This document shows, one piece after another, positions 1-9,504 of a DNA stretch of 64,000 nt. Each line of letters begins with the position of its first letter. Positions within the stretch are counted from its first letter, which is position 1. Both the position numbers and the translations under genes were made by a program. The stretch is from Candidatus Krakonobacterium acarorum. Lineage in GTDB: Bacteria > Bacteroidota > Bacteroidia > SolTP2. The stretch is from contig JBNOKO010000001.1 of the NCBI GenBank assembly GCA_050311575.1, positions 722,239 through 786,238 of the forward strand, read 5' to 3'. The notes under the pieces are model-generated. The model was not told where the DNA came from. It saw only the letters and a program-made list of their open reading frames with translations, and did not search any database.

Positions 1-485
1 GTTCAGGTTTGCTATGGACCGCTAAAGAAGGTTTGTTGCCGGAAACTTTAGCTAAAACCAATAAAAATGGTGTTCCAAAAAACATTCTTTTAATACAGGC
101 AGTTATAGTTACAATTTTATCGTCTTTATATTTTGTTATAGATAATGTTAGTGTGGCTTTCTTCTTGCTATCTGCTTTAACCATAGGCCTTTATTTGATT
201 ATGTATATGCTTATGTACCTTGCAGGTATTAAGCTAAGATATACACAGCCTGATTTACCACGTTCCTACAAAGTACCTGGAGGTAAAAAAGGCATGATAA
301 TAATTGCAGGTATTGGTCTTGTATCAGTAATATTTTCATTTATAGTTAGTTTTTTCCCTCCGTCTCAATTACCAATAGGCAGTGTTAGTTTATATGTAAC
401 ATTAGTTGCTTTAGGAAATATAATATTTGTAGCTTTACCATTTATAATTGTTAAAACTAACCAAACATCTAAAAACTCTAACTAA
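1..485 (+). CDS. APC-superfamily amino acid permease, C-terminal fragment (5' end lies outside the window)
   Basis: Reading frame is open from the window edge (first Met at 9 is internal). Hydrophobic TM segments (ILLIQAVIVTILSSLYFV; IIIAGIGLVSVIFSFIVSFF) and a short hydrophilic tail are typical of APC transporters. Stop at 483-485. Confidence 0.6.
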   Translation, partial: SGLLWTAKEGLLPETLAKTNKNGVPKNILLIQAVIVTILSSLYFVIDNVSVAFFLLSALTIGLYLIMYMLMYLAGIKLRYTQPDLPRSYKVPGGKKGMIIIAGIGLVSVIFSFIVSFFPPSQLPIGSVSLYVTLVALGNIIFVALPFIIVKTNQTSKNSN

Positions 486-496
486 ATAACAATACG

Positions 497-1813
497 ATGG
501 TAAAAAATATTTATAAAAAATTCTTTGTTGTAGTATTATTTTTACTAACTGCTTATAACAGCAATGTATATTCTCAGGATTTGGATAAAACTAATAAGGA
601 TGACCCTTTTGTCGATAGGTTCGATAAACGTTTAGATATATTACAAATAGAGGAAGATAAAAACAAAGAGGCCATTAGACATTTGCTTGAGGAGTTGCAA
701 GATCTTAATGGCCCAAATGATAATCCTAAAAAAGAAAATTATACTAATCCTATAGAATTAAACATTGCAAATACTAAACTTACTATAGGCGGTTTTGTAC
801 AGTCAGATTTTATATACGATTTTAACGTATCTAGTATGGGAGGTTCTTTTATACCTTCATCTATCCCTATTAAATCGCTCTTAGATCCTAAATTAACTTT
901 TAGTTACTTACAAAGTAGATTTACATTAACATCCCAGTCAAATACAAGTATAGGGATATTGAAAACTTTATTTGAATATGACTTATTTAGTGATGGTATG
1001 TCTCCTGGGTTCCACGTGCGTCATGCTTGGGGTGAGCTTGGTAGCTTTGGTGTAGGTCAATATTGGTCGGCATTTATGGATATAGATGTATTCCCTAATA
1101 TACTTGATTATCAGGGGCCTAATGCTATGGTATTTGTAAGACAGGTGCAATTGAGATACACCCATAAGATTGGTAAGAATTTTAAAATAGCTTTGAGTAT
1201 AGAGAAGCCATATAGCGGTGTTCAGCAAGCTGCAGAATACCAAAATAAAAGTCTTGTCCCTGATTTTGCTCTACATTTGCGTTATGCAGGTACAAGGGGA
1301 CATATGCAACTTGCCGGTATATTACACTCAGTTAGATATCAGAATAATAGCACGAAAATTAATAGTACGGGCTGGGGACTTAATTTAACAGGATTATACA
1401 ATATAGGTACTGAATTAAATGATAGTATTATGTTTCAGGCTACCTATGGTAATGGTATAGCTCGTTATTTTAATGATATATCCGGTTTAAATTATGATGG
1501 TTTTATTAATAAACCTAATGATAAGATTGAGCTTGATTTATTGCCGGTATGGTCTATCATGGCTTTTTATAATCATAGTTGGAGCTCTAAATTTAGCAGT
1601 GCTTTAGGCTGGGGTTATTTAAATTTGGAGAATAATAAACTACAAATGGATAACGCATTTAACAATAGTCATTATGGTGTAGCAAACATTATATACTATC
1701 CAATAGATCCTATAAAAGTGGGTTTAGAATACTTATATGGAATGTTAATGGATAAACATAAAGATAGCAGCACTAATAATAGATTGCAGCTGTCAATTAT
1801 GTACAAGTTTTAG
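497..1813 (+). CDS. outer-membrane beta-barrel protein, porin-like, with N-terminal coiled-coil segment
   Basis: Sec signal peptide (FFVVVLFLLTAYNSNVYSQ), a charged coiled-coil-like stretch (LEELQDLN), alternating aromatic/polar beta-strand pattern and a C-terminal Phe (..SIMYKF). Sits 11 bp downstream of the permease gene. Confidence 0.55.
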   Translation: MVKNIYKKFFVVVLFLLTAYNSNVYSQDLDKTNKDDPFVDRFDKRLDILQIEEDKNKEAIRHLLEELQDLNGPNDNPKKENYTNPIELNIANTKLTIGGFVQSDFIYDFNVSSMGGSFIPSSIPIKSLLDPKLTFSYLQSRFTLTSQSNTSIGILKTLFEYDLFSDGMSPGFHVRHAWGELGSFGVGQYWSAFMDIDVFPNILDYQGPNAMVFVRQVQLRYTHKIGKNFKIALSIEKPYSGVQQAAEYQNKSLVPDFALHLRYAGTRGHMQLAGILHSVRYQNNSTKINSTGWGLNLTGLYNIGTELNDSIMFQATYGNGIARYFNDISGLNYDGFINKPNDKIELDLLPVWSIMAFYNHSWSSKFSSALGWGYLNLENNKLQMDNAFNNSHYGVANIIYYPIDPIKVGLEYLYGMLMDKHKDSSTNNRLQLSIMYKF

Positions 1814-1867
1814 TAGTTTTATAATAGTATCACCTAAGTAATAAAAATTTAATTATAAAAAAATTAC

Positions 1868-2893
1868 ATGAAAAAAACTAATAATAGCTTAAAGTTTAAG
1901 GCCTTGGCTATAGGAATTTTATTTATATGTGTAAATGTTTCCTTAAAAGCGCAGTTTAAATATCCTAGCGAAGCAGAAATAAAACTTGCGATGCAAGAAG
2001 CTCATGGAGATTTTCAATATATTAATGAAGGTCGCAATGCCGATTATATACCTTACTTAAGTAGCGTAGATGCGAATCTATATGGTATAGCAGTGGCTAC
2101 TGTTGATGGTAAAATATACGAGATAGGGGATACTAAATATGAATTTGGCATAGAATCTATTTCTAAAGTATTTGTTTTAGCAAAAGCTTTGCAGGAAAGG
2201 GGGTCTAAGGTAATAGAAGAAAAAATTGGAGTAAATGCAACAGGATTTCCTTTTAATAGTATTTTACCTATAGAATTAGAAGGTAAAAAGGCTATTAGCC
2301 CATTAGTGAACGCTGGAGCTATGGCAACCAATAGTTTGATAAAAGGTAGTAGTAAGGAGGATCAATTTAATAAAATTAATGCTTTTATTGACCAATTAGC
2401 AGGTAGAAAAATAAGGGTTATTAATATTTTATATCAATCAGAAGCGGCTACAAACTCTCATAACAGAGCTATAGCTTGGTTGCTGTCATCTTACAACGGC
2501 CTTGAAGGGGATCCGGAACAAGCCCTTGATTCATATACAAGACAATGTTCATGGGGTGTAACTGCTACTGATTTAGCTGTTATGTCAGCTACACTTGCTA
2601 ATAAAGGGATACAACCTATAACGAAAAAACGTGTTATAGACGAGCAATATGTACCTAAAGTACTAGCTAGTATGGTAACAGAAGGTTTGTATGAAAAATC
2701 AGGAGAATGGTTGTATAATGTTGGAGTTCCTGCAAAAAGTGGAGTAGGCGGTGGCGTAATTGCAGTAATACCTGGTGTTATGGCAATTTCAGCGTTTGCA
2801 CCACCATTAGATGAAGCTGGCAATAGTGTAAAAGCTCAGAAGGCAATAGCGCATATAGTTAATAAATTAGGGTTAAATATGTTTAACAGATAA
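1868..2893 (+). CDS. glsA: glutaminase A (GlsA family) with N-terminal signal peptide
   Basis: Catalytic Ser-x-x-Lys block (ESISKVF), GVGGGV near the C-terminus and ~310 aa length match the glutaminase family. The hydrophobic N-terminus (LAIGILFICVNVSLKAQ) predicts export. Confidence 0.85.
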   Translation: MKKTNNSLKFKALAIGILFICVNVSLKAQFKYPSEAEIKLAMQEAHGDFQYINEGRNADYIPYLSSVDANLYGIAVATVDGKIYEIGDTKYEFGIESISKVFVLAKALQERGSKVIEEKIGVNATGFPFNSILPIELEGKKAISPLVNAGAMATNSLIKGSSKEDQFNKINAFIDQLAGRKIRVINILYQSEAATNSHNRAIAWLLSSYNGLEGDPEQALDSYTRQCSWGVTATDLAVMSATLANKGIQPITKKRVIDEQYVPKVLASMVTEGLYEKSGEWLYNVGVPAKSGVGGGVIAVIPGVMAISAFAPPLDEAGNSVKAQKAIAHIVNKLGLNMFNR

Positions 2894-2920
2894 AATATCA
2901 ATTATAGCAAAAAATAAAAA

Positions 2921-2966
2921 ATGGATTTTAGAATTAATTAATTCTAAAATCCATTTTTTATTTTAA
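2921..2966. terminator. perfect inverted repeat (atggattttagaatt / aattctaaaatccat) flanked by an A-run and a T-run; probable bidirectional rho-independent terminator
   Basis: 15 bp perfect stem centred on the palindromic ttaattaa, followed by ttttttatttt. Immediately downstream of the glsA stop. Confidence 0.6.
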
Positions 2967-3003
2967 TTAATAATAACTTTGGTTGATATTAATTAAAGTT
3001 ATT

Positions 3004-4134
3004 ATGGCTAGAAAAAGTAAATCTAAAAGGTTTCCTCGTAAATATTGCACTATAGATTTTTTACTATGTATAGAGTATAATTACAAAGGTCAAGGTATAG
3101 TAATATGAAACGATAAACCTTTTTATGTAAATGGCTTAATTATTGGAGAGAGTGCGCGTATAATAGTTTTTGCCGAATTCCCAGACTATGGTGAAGCTAG
3201 AGCGATAATGCTTTTAAAACCATCTGTTGATAGAAAACTGCCTTTAGACCATCCTAAGTTAGAATTAGGAGTTTATCATATAGCACATTTAACTGATCAG
3301 GCTCAGGATGCATTCAAACAAAATCGAGCTTATTCTTTGTTTGGATCCATTACTAAATCTATTATTGTTGGTGATCGTACCTACTACCGTAATAAGGTTG
3401 TATTAACTGATGGCGGATTCAAGCCACCAGGTTGGAAGCGTAAATTATCTATTATACCTACTAAAGAACAGTTTGATTTAATGGACATAGACTTTTCTAA
3501 ATACTCCGTAGAAAAAGGTGATACAATAATCAGGCGTCTAGATTATGAAATATCTGGTAAACCGGGCGAAGAAAAATATGTAACCGATACATTTTTAAAT
3601 AAAATTTATCGCGTTAATCTTAACTCGTTTTACCAAGTAAATACCAATATGGCAAAAAAGGTTTATAAAGCTATAAAAACTTTTATAACACCTAATACTA
3701 TAGTATTTGATTTATTTGCAGGAGCAGCTACCATAGGCATATTTGTATCGGATATAGTTAATAAGGTCTATTCTATAGAAATTAATACGGAATCTATTAA
3801 GGATGCTTTAGAAAACAAAAGAATCAATAAAGCTAATAATGTAGAGATTATAAAGGCCGATGCTAATTTGTGGCTTGTAGAAAATGGGGATATTTTACAA
3901 GTACATACTATAATTTTAGATCCAGCTCGCAGCGGTATATCTCCACAGTCAGCTGGTATAATAAACCTATCGCAAGCAAAAAGGATTATTTATTTATCAT
4001 GTAACATTGATACTCAAAAACGCGATATCGATTTATTAACATCTTATGAAGTTGTACACGTGCAACCATATGATTTTTTTCCGCAAACTTATCATATAGA
4101 AAACTTAGTTGTACTAGATAAAAAACCTATATAA
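3004..4134 (+). pseudogene. rlmD/rumA-like 23S rRNA (uracil-C5)-methyltransferase interrupted by one in-frame TGA at 3106-3108
   Basis: ATG at 3004 is in the same frame as the 3208 ORF. The upstream segment translates to MARKSKSKRFPRKYCTIDFLLCIEYNYKGQGIVI*NDKPFYVNGLIIGESARIIVFAEF.., which aligns to the TRAM N-terminus of E. coli RlmD (..[29 protein letters not shown]..), recalled from memory. A single stop codon separates it from the rest of the gene. Confidence 0.45.
3208..4134 (+). CDS. RNA (uracil-C5)-methyltransferase, TrmA/RlmD family (TRAM-less product if initiated at Met 3208)
   Basis: SAM motif I (DLFAGAATIG), FYQVN block, DPARSG (the DPPR-like motif) and catalytic Cys motif YLSCNxxTxxRD. 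Confidence 0.55.
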   Translation: MLLKPSVDRKLPLDHPKLELGVYHIAHLTDQAQDAFKQNRAYSLFGSITKSIIVGDRTYYRNKVVLTDGGFKPPGWKRKLSIIPTKEQFDLMDIDFSKYSVEKGDTIIRRLDYEISGKPGEEKYVTDTFLNKIYRVNLNSFYQVNTNMAKKVYKAIKTFITPNTIVFDLFAGAATIGIFVSDIVNKVYSIEINTESIKDALENKRINKANNVEIIKADANLWLVENGDILQVHTIILDPARSGISPQSAGIINLSQAKRIIYLSCNIDTQKRDIDLLTSYEVVHVQPYDFFPQTYHIENLVVLDKKPI

Positions 4135-4363
4135 TTAAGATTTTTTATCTAGTAAATGAAATTCTCTACTTTATGTGTTAATAAATGAAATATTTAACCT
4201 AAATACTGATAACAATGCTCAAGAAATCTTAACTATAAAATAGAAACACTGTTCATAATTCCAGCTTTGTTTTTATAAAAAACATTAATCGCTGTAATAC
4301 ACAGTATAATCTGTTAGCATTAATTTAAATATACAATAGTATTGATTTTTAAAAGATTATACT

Positions 4364-5656
4364 TTAAAAATGCTTTACTAAATGCCTTAATCTTTGTTTA
4401 TCGGATTCAAAAGGTAGAGATATTTCTGATATAGTTAAGGCGTTAATAGAACATTTTTTAGCTTCTTTCATAAATTTACCAGGGCTACTTTTTGCTAAAC
4501 CCATCAAAGTTTTCTGCAATATAATCTGTATCTCTATGTTTGCTGCTCCGTCTCTTGCTATAGGCGTAAATATATCATCAAAAAGATCTGACAAATATAT
4601 TGGACACGCATACAATAAAGGAAATAATACTTTATGATTGTATTGTGTAGTTTCTTTATCCCAGATAATTAATAATCTCATAGCCCTTCCAAGAACATCT
4701 ATAACAGTTCCTTTGTCGTTAGTATTAATAGCTTTAGATGCAATTTCTGTAAGTACTGCCAAACCAAATCTAGGGTCTTGATCAAAAGATCGTGTAGAGT
4801 TAATAGTTATAGCATTTAAAAGAGAGTTGATATCTATAGAGCCTGAATCTTTGCTATACTGTATTAATAATACCGGTTTACTTGGGTGTATAAAAATACC
4901 AGGAGTGCCCTTAATATAAATTTTGATCTGATTTGTATCAGCATAATCAGATATAGCTTTCATATCTATATGCGTAACATAACCAACACTTTGAGAATAT
5001 ATTGGGTAAACATCTTTTAGTCTCTGATTGGGATTATACCATGGGTTTGCTCCAAGGTAAGGATTTTTAGCACGCTCAATAAGCGCCTTGGCAGTAGTTT
5101 TTTCTATTCGAGAAGATGTTTCTGTTACTCTACCTAGTAAGGATAAATGCTGTATCCATTTTAATAAGGTGATAACGATTAAAATTACTATTACTATTGA
5201 TACAATGAATAATATAAAACGGCCTTTATGGTCGTAAATGCCGGCATTTATAGTAATTATACCTACTAAGCTAAATAAAAAAGAGCCAATAAAAGTTGCA
5301 AGTACATTTTGTGTGGTAGAATCTTCCATTAGTAATCGCGTCGCCCTGGGGGTAACATTATTTGTTGCTGAACTATATGCTGATATCATTATGTTTAAGG
5401 AAAAAGTCGTAACAGTAAGCATGCTAGAGGCAAGAATATTCAGTATTTCGTCAACAGAGTTACCACCAATATTTGTGTAGGTATTATCTGGTATAATAGG
5501 ACGCAATATCATTGAGAAGAAAGGCACTATAACAGCTAACAAAGCAAATAAAGCAACCCTGATCCATAGTTTTCGTGAAACTATACTTAATATCCACTGC
5601 CATTTAGAAGTCATTATTTTATATTGGTTAATTTTAATTGATATGTTTAAATACAA
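4364..5656 (-). CDS. integral membrane protein, probably DUF2254 family
   Basis: Four N-terminal TM helices followed by a soluble domain containing the DPRFGLAVLTEIASKA block, which resembles the DUF2254 signature. The start may be the internal Met (MTSKWQW). Confidence 0.4.
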   Translation of the reverse strand: MYLNISIKINQYKIMTSKWQWILSIVSRKLWIRVALFALLAVIVPFFSMILRPIIPDNTYTNIGGNSVDEILNILASSMLTVTTFSLNIMISAYSSATNNVTPRATRLLMEDSTTQNVLATFIGSFLFSLVGIITINAGIYDHKGRFILFIVSIVIVILIVITLLKWIQHLSLLGRVTETSSRIEKTTAKALIERAKNPYLGANPWYNPNQRLKDVYPIYSQSVGYVTHIDMKAISDYADTNQIKIYIKGTPGIFIHPSKPVLLIQYSKDSGSIDINSLLNAITINSTRSFDQDPRFGLAVLTEIASKAINTNDKGTVIDVLGRAMRLLIIWDKETTQYNHKVLFPLLYACPIYLSDLFDDIFTPIARDGAANIEIQIILQKTLMGLAKSSPGKFMKEAKKCSINALTISEISLPFESDKQRLRHLVKHF

Positions 5657-5693
5657 TCAAAAAACTAACCAATGATTGTTATATACTAATTTC

Positions 5694-6161
5694 CTAATCT
5701 ATAATACTAAATTGATTAGCTATATACGAATCGAAAAATGGCTTTATTAAAGCAAGTTGCTTAATTATATGCTCTCCTTTTGTATTATCAAATGGTACTT
5801 TATGTGTCTTTTTATTATTTAGAAAATTAATAATATCTCTAGTGCCACTGTTAACATCTTCCATTAGTAACACTAAGTTTTCGAGCTGCTCTTTGTCAAA
5901 ATTTGATAATTGTGTATTAAGATTTATGATTTTCTTGTAAAAACTATTTCCATAAGCTAATAATGTTTTGTAAGATTTATCGCTATATTGGCTGGGTTCA
6001 GCTTTTCGTGCTTTTCCTAATTCGTTTTTAGCTGCATTAATATTATTTAAAGCTTCTTTGATACTTGATTTAGCTTTCCTTATTTCTTCCTTATCCATAT
6101 TACATGACATACAGAATATTATTAATAAAGCTCCGAGGTAAAAAAATAATTTTTGTTTCAT
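5694..6161 (-). CDS. hypothetical lipoprotein
   Basis: Signal peptide with a lipobox-like Cys (LLIIFCMSCNMDKEE). Lys/Glu-rich helical remainder. No recognisable catalytic motifs. Confidence 0.5.
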   Translation of the reverse strand: MKQKLFFYLGALLIIFCMSCNMDKEEIRKAKSSIKEALNNINAAKNELGKARKAEPSQYSDKSYKTLLAYGNSFYKKIINLNTQLSNFDKEQLENLVLLMEDVNSGTRDIINFLNNKKTHKVPFDNTKGEHIIKQLALIKPFFDSYIANQFSIID

Positions 6162-6237
6162 AAAAAAATGTAATAAAAGGTAGATGTGTTTTAATTGTTT
6201 AGTTAAAAGCTAATTTATAACAAAATCATTGTTTAAT

Positions 6238-6993
6238 CTATATTAATATTTTATTGATCCCTAATATATATTGATTAATATAGTTTTTAATAAATTTTTC
6301 GTTAATATATTTTATGCCATTGATATTATTTTTTAATACTTCTGTCTCTAAATTATATTTTAAAAAATCGCTCAACATATTTTTAGAAAGTGGCATATAA
6401 CTAAAATGCCATGGTTCATAATTAAATCCGGTACGATTAATATCTTTAGTATAAACTTCGTAGAACCCAAATTTTGCTGAATTTTTGTTTAGCCACGATT
6501 TTAAAGGATAAAATATTCCACTTTGTGTAAAATACTTTTCTTGTAAAGGATCGTGTTTAGAAAAATATTTGTTATCTACATTACCTTGTATTATGTCTAA
6601 GTCGCTTCCCCAATGGTGTCTGGATGTTCCTGGTAAAGTAGAATATTTAATAATTTCCTTAATGGCATCTTCATGACCGTACCCCTTAGCGATATATCGA
6701 TTAAATTTGTTGTTCCATATTTTTACCTGATGGTTATAATCTCTAAATGAAGAAACTACTTTTATTAATATTCCATCTTTTTTTGCGTAATCTTGCATTT
6801 TCTCAAAAGCTCCAGCTGCATCTTTATGCAATGTATAACCATTGCCGCTGACTAAATTCTTGGGTTTAATCCCCATTAACTCATCTAAAGTGTATGTGAG
6901 TTTGAGATTAAAAGAACTATTAGTTAAAAAAGTAAAATATGCCAGACCAGAAGAGATAAATTCTCTTCTGGAGATTGTTTTGAGTTTTCGCAT
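6238..6993 (-). CDS. peptidase M15 (VanY-like D-alanyl-D-alanine carboxypeptidase) with twin-arginine signal
   Basis: Tat-like N-terminus (SRREFISSGLAYFTFL). Zinc-ligand motifs SRHHWGSDLD (S-x-H-x-x-G-x-D) and EPWHFSY match the M15 family. Confidence 0.7.
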   Translation of the reverse strand: MRKLKTISRREFISSGLAYFTFLTNSSFNLKLTYTLDELMGIKPKNLVSGNGYTLHKDAAGAFEKMQDYAKKDGILIKVVSSFRDYNHQVKIWNNKFNRYIAKGYGHEDAIKEIIKYSTLPGTSRHHWGSDLDIIQGNVDNKYFSKHDPLQEKYFTQSGIFYPLKSWLNKNSAKFGFYEVYTKDINRTGFNYEPWHFSYMPLSKNMLSDFLKYNLETEVLKNNINGIKYINEKFIKNYINQYILGINKILI

Positions 6994-7105
6994 GGTTTAA
7001 TTGTATAATTAATATATAAAAATACAATTAATTATGGCATTAATCTTGATTTGTAAATATTTACTATAAAGACATAAATTAAACAAAAAGAAATTTAATA
7101 TTCAT

Positions 7106-7921
7106 ATGTACAAGTATAATTTAAAAACAGCACTATTTGTGTTATGTTTAATATATATAATTTTTGCTTACAATATAAATGTTTATAGTTTTGGCATTGA
7201 CAATAACGACTCTGGCGTTGCTAATGTAAAGACCGTATATATTACTTCCGATGATGGCCCATGGTCTGGTACAGAAAATATTATTAAAGTTGCAACTGCA
7301 ACAAAAACGCCAATAAGTTTATTTTTTATAGGCTATAGATATTACAAGGCAAACGATAATTTAAAGCAAGTAGTTCAACAACTCAAAGATAATCCGTATA
7401 TACAGATTTGTAATCATAGTTATTCACATGCCTGGGGCAGATACGGTAAATTTTATCATACCGATAAACTTGCCTACGAAGATTTTAAAAAAAATACTCA
7501 GGAATTAGGTATCAGTAACGCTTCTCCTATTCACAGCAGATTCCCTGCACGAAATGTTTTTAGACTTCCTAATTTGAGAAAAAACGATGATTATGTAACG
7601 AAGCATTGCAAAAATCCTAAGCAAGAAGAAGCTATTTATGATGAAGTATACGATAATGGAAAATACTATGTGTATGGCTGGGATGTCTATTGGGACTTTA
7701 ATAATAAAGGAAAACCTTTACTAACGCCTAAAGAAATAGTAAGCAGAATTAATAAAAAATTTAAAGAAAACACTACTGTTATGCCGAATAAGTGTATACT
7801 AATAATGCATGATGTAATGTTTATGGATAAATTTAGCGGCAAAGAAAATTTAACTAATCTTATAGCCTTATTAAAAAAAGAAGGGTATAGGCTGGATTTT
7901 ATAAAGAATTATATAAATTAA
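7106..7921 (+). CDS. polysaccharide deacetylase (NodB / CE4 family), secreted
   Basis: Signal peptide. NodB motif 1 (TSDDGPWSG) and the His-His motif (NHSYSHAW). Confidence 0.6.
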   Translation: MYKYNLKTALFVLCLIYIIFAYNINVYSFGIDNNDSGVANVKTVYITSDDGPWSGTENIIKVATATKTPISLFFIGYRYYKANDNLKQVVQQLKDNPYIQICNHSYSHAWGRYGKFYHTDKLAYEDFKKNTQELGISNASPIHSRFPARNVFRLPNLRKNDDYVTKHCKNPKQEEAIYDEVYDNGKYYVYGWDVYWDFNNKGKPLLTPKEIVSRINKKFKENTTVMPNKCILIMHDVMFMDKFSGKENLTNLIALLKKEGYRLDFIKNYIN

Positions 7922-8102
7922 AATGATTCTATTTAAAATAATATAACTTCTGGTTTTATAATGCCTTATCTACTAGTTTATAGTTTGGCTTATGCCAAAA
8001 ACAGCTAAAGTCGCTTAAAACTATTTAATAGCAAAGATTAATAATATTTTGCATGGTTACTTATAATAAGAGCAGTTTCCTATTTTGATACAATAATATA
8101 TT

Positions 8103-8666
8103 TTAAACTCGTAGTGATGCGCGGAATCCTCTGGAGCTATAGTATGAAGATGCACCGTTATGATAAATAAATACGCTAGAATATCTATAATCGCCAAATA
8201 TGGCCCCGCCCAAGGCTCTTATTTTATCTGGAGTCATTATCCAACTGGATGTTTTGGTATCGAATTCACCTAGTGTCTGTAAATACCTATATTCTTGCTC
8301 TGTTAGAATTTCTACCCCCATAGACTTTGCCAGGTCAATAGCACTATTTTCAGGTCTATGTTCTTTTCTTGTATCTAGTGCTTTGCGATCGTAGCAAAGG
8401 CCTCTTCTACCTTTAGGGCTTTCTTTTGAACAATCATAGAATATATATTCGTCTTTATCCACGTCGTACTTAACTATATCAGGCTCGCCACCGCTTATTT
8501 CCATTTCGTTAAGCGACCGCATCTTATCGTTATTGGATTTTAATTTATTTATTATGCTGTTAAAATCCAGATCCCTATGGCGATGCATATTAGCTAAAAA
8601 TCTAGTATTTAGTTTTTGTATCAGACTCTCATAGTCATATTGACTTAATTCTTTATCAGTATTCAT
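8103..8666 (-). CDS. hypothetical protein (possibly DUF4256-like)
   Basis: 187-aa ORF. No catalytic motif recognised. Length and composition resemble a small conserved Bacteroidota protein family. Confidence 0.4.
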   Translation of the reverse strand: MNTDKELSQYDYESLIQKLNTRFLANMHRHRDLDFNSIINKLKSNNDKMRSLNEMEISGGEPDIVKYDVDKDEYIFYDCSKESPKGRRGLCYDRKALDTRKEHRPENSAIDLAKSMGVEILTEQEYRYLQTLGEFDTKTSSWIMTPDKIRALGGAIFGDYRYSSVFIYHNGASSYYSSRGFRASLRV

Positions 8667-9455
8667 GATAAAATTTTAACGGTTATTAATATACTAAGAT
8701 AGCTATTTTATATAATTCAACATTTCGGAAGTTTTTGTTTTCAAAAAAACTAATTCTTCATTTCGTTTTCAGCAGCTTTTTTAAGCTATTCAACTACTGA
8801 ATTATTTTAAGTTAATGTCCTCATTTAAAGTTCAATTCCCACACCTTTATATTTTTCTACCAAGTCACTAATTTTTTGAAAAACACTTTGTTTTTGTCAA
8901 ATATTGTGGATTTAACGGGCTAATTTTAGGCAAAATAGCATTTAAATAAAGATTGCTACTATAGGAAAAATATTTCAAAAACGTATAAGTAGTTTGAAAT
9001 CTATACAAAAAGGGGGATTGCTTGTTTGATATTATATCAATGATTCTCGGTTGGTGGAATATTTGTAGTACTGTTATAATAATTTATTTTAAACTTTATT
9101 ATTTCTAATAAACGCATAGGCTATAAAATAAGAGGGCGGGAAATTCGAATAAGTCAATTAGCAGTTAGGGGAATTTTGAACCCTTAATCACTTTTTTAAA
9201 GACCGATCGAAACGATTATTAAAAATAGTCCAAATGACAAATTAATTATAGTTCCGAAAATGTCAAGTCTCAAATGAAGGTTGCTTTTAAATATTCGCAA
9301 GGAAAAACAATTTGGTAAGATAAGCCAAATTACAAAATACTGAACCTAAATAACCCCTGGCAAACTTATATATTACTATAATTTTTCAGCTAATACTGAA
9401 AAGAAATTACAGTCTGACCATAATCTTAAAAGGTAAGTTCCCAAAGTAATTTATT

Positions 9456-9504
9456 ATCTAATCCTATAGATTTGGCGTTGGAAGGCAAATCTATAGGATT
9501 AGAT
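9456..9504. repeat. perfect 19 bp inverted repeat (atctaatcctatagatttg ... caaatctataggattagat) with an 11 nt loop
   Basis: Read directly from the sequence. Lies within a 1.24 kb ORF-free region and is not followed by a T-tract. Confidence 0.8.

Noticed and set aside
3106-3108. Alternative genetic code (TGA read as Trp or Gly) as the explanation for the in-frame TGA in the rlmD-like gene
   Set aside because: pyrB terminates on TGA with the expected C-terminus and an ATGA start overlap with folD. Most genes end in TAA, and no other conserved protein in the window needs TGA read-through.
9456-9504. The perfect hairpin as an SRP (4.5S) RNA domain IV, because its loop contains GGAAGG
   Set aside because: The flanking stem is a perfect AT-rich duplex lacking the conserved asymmetric internal loops and the AGCAGC strand of SRP RNA helix 8. 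The resemblance is coincidental.
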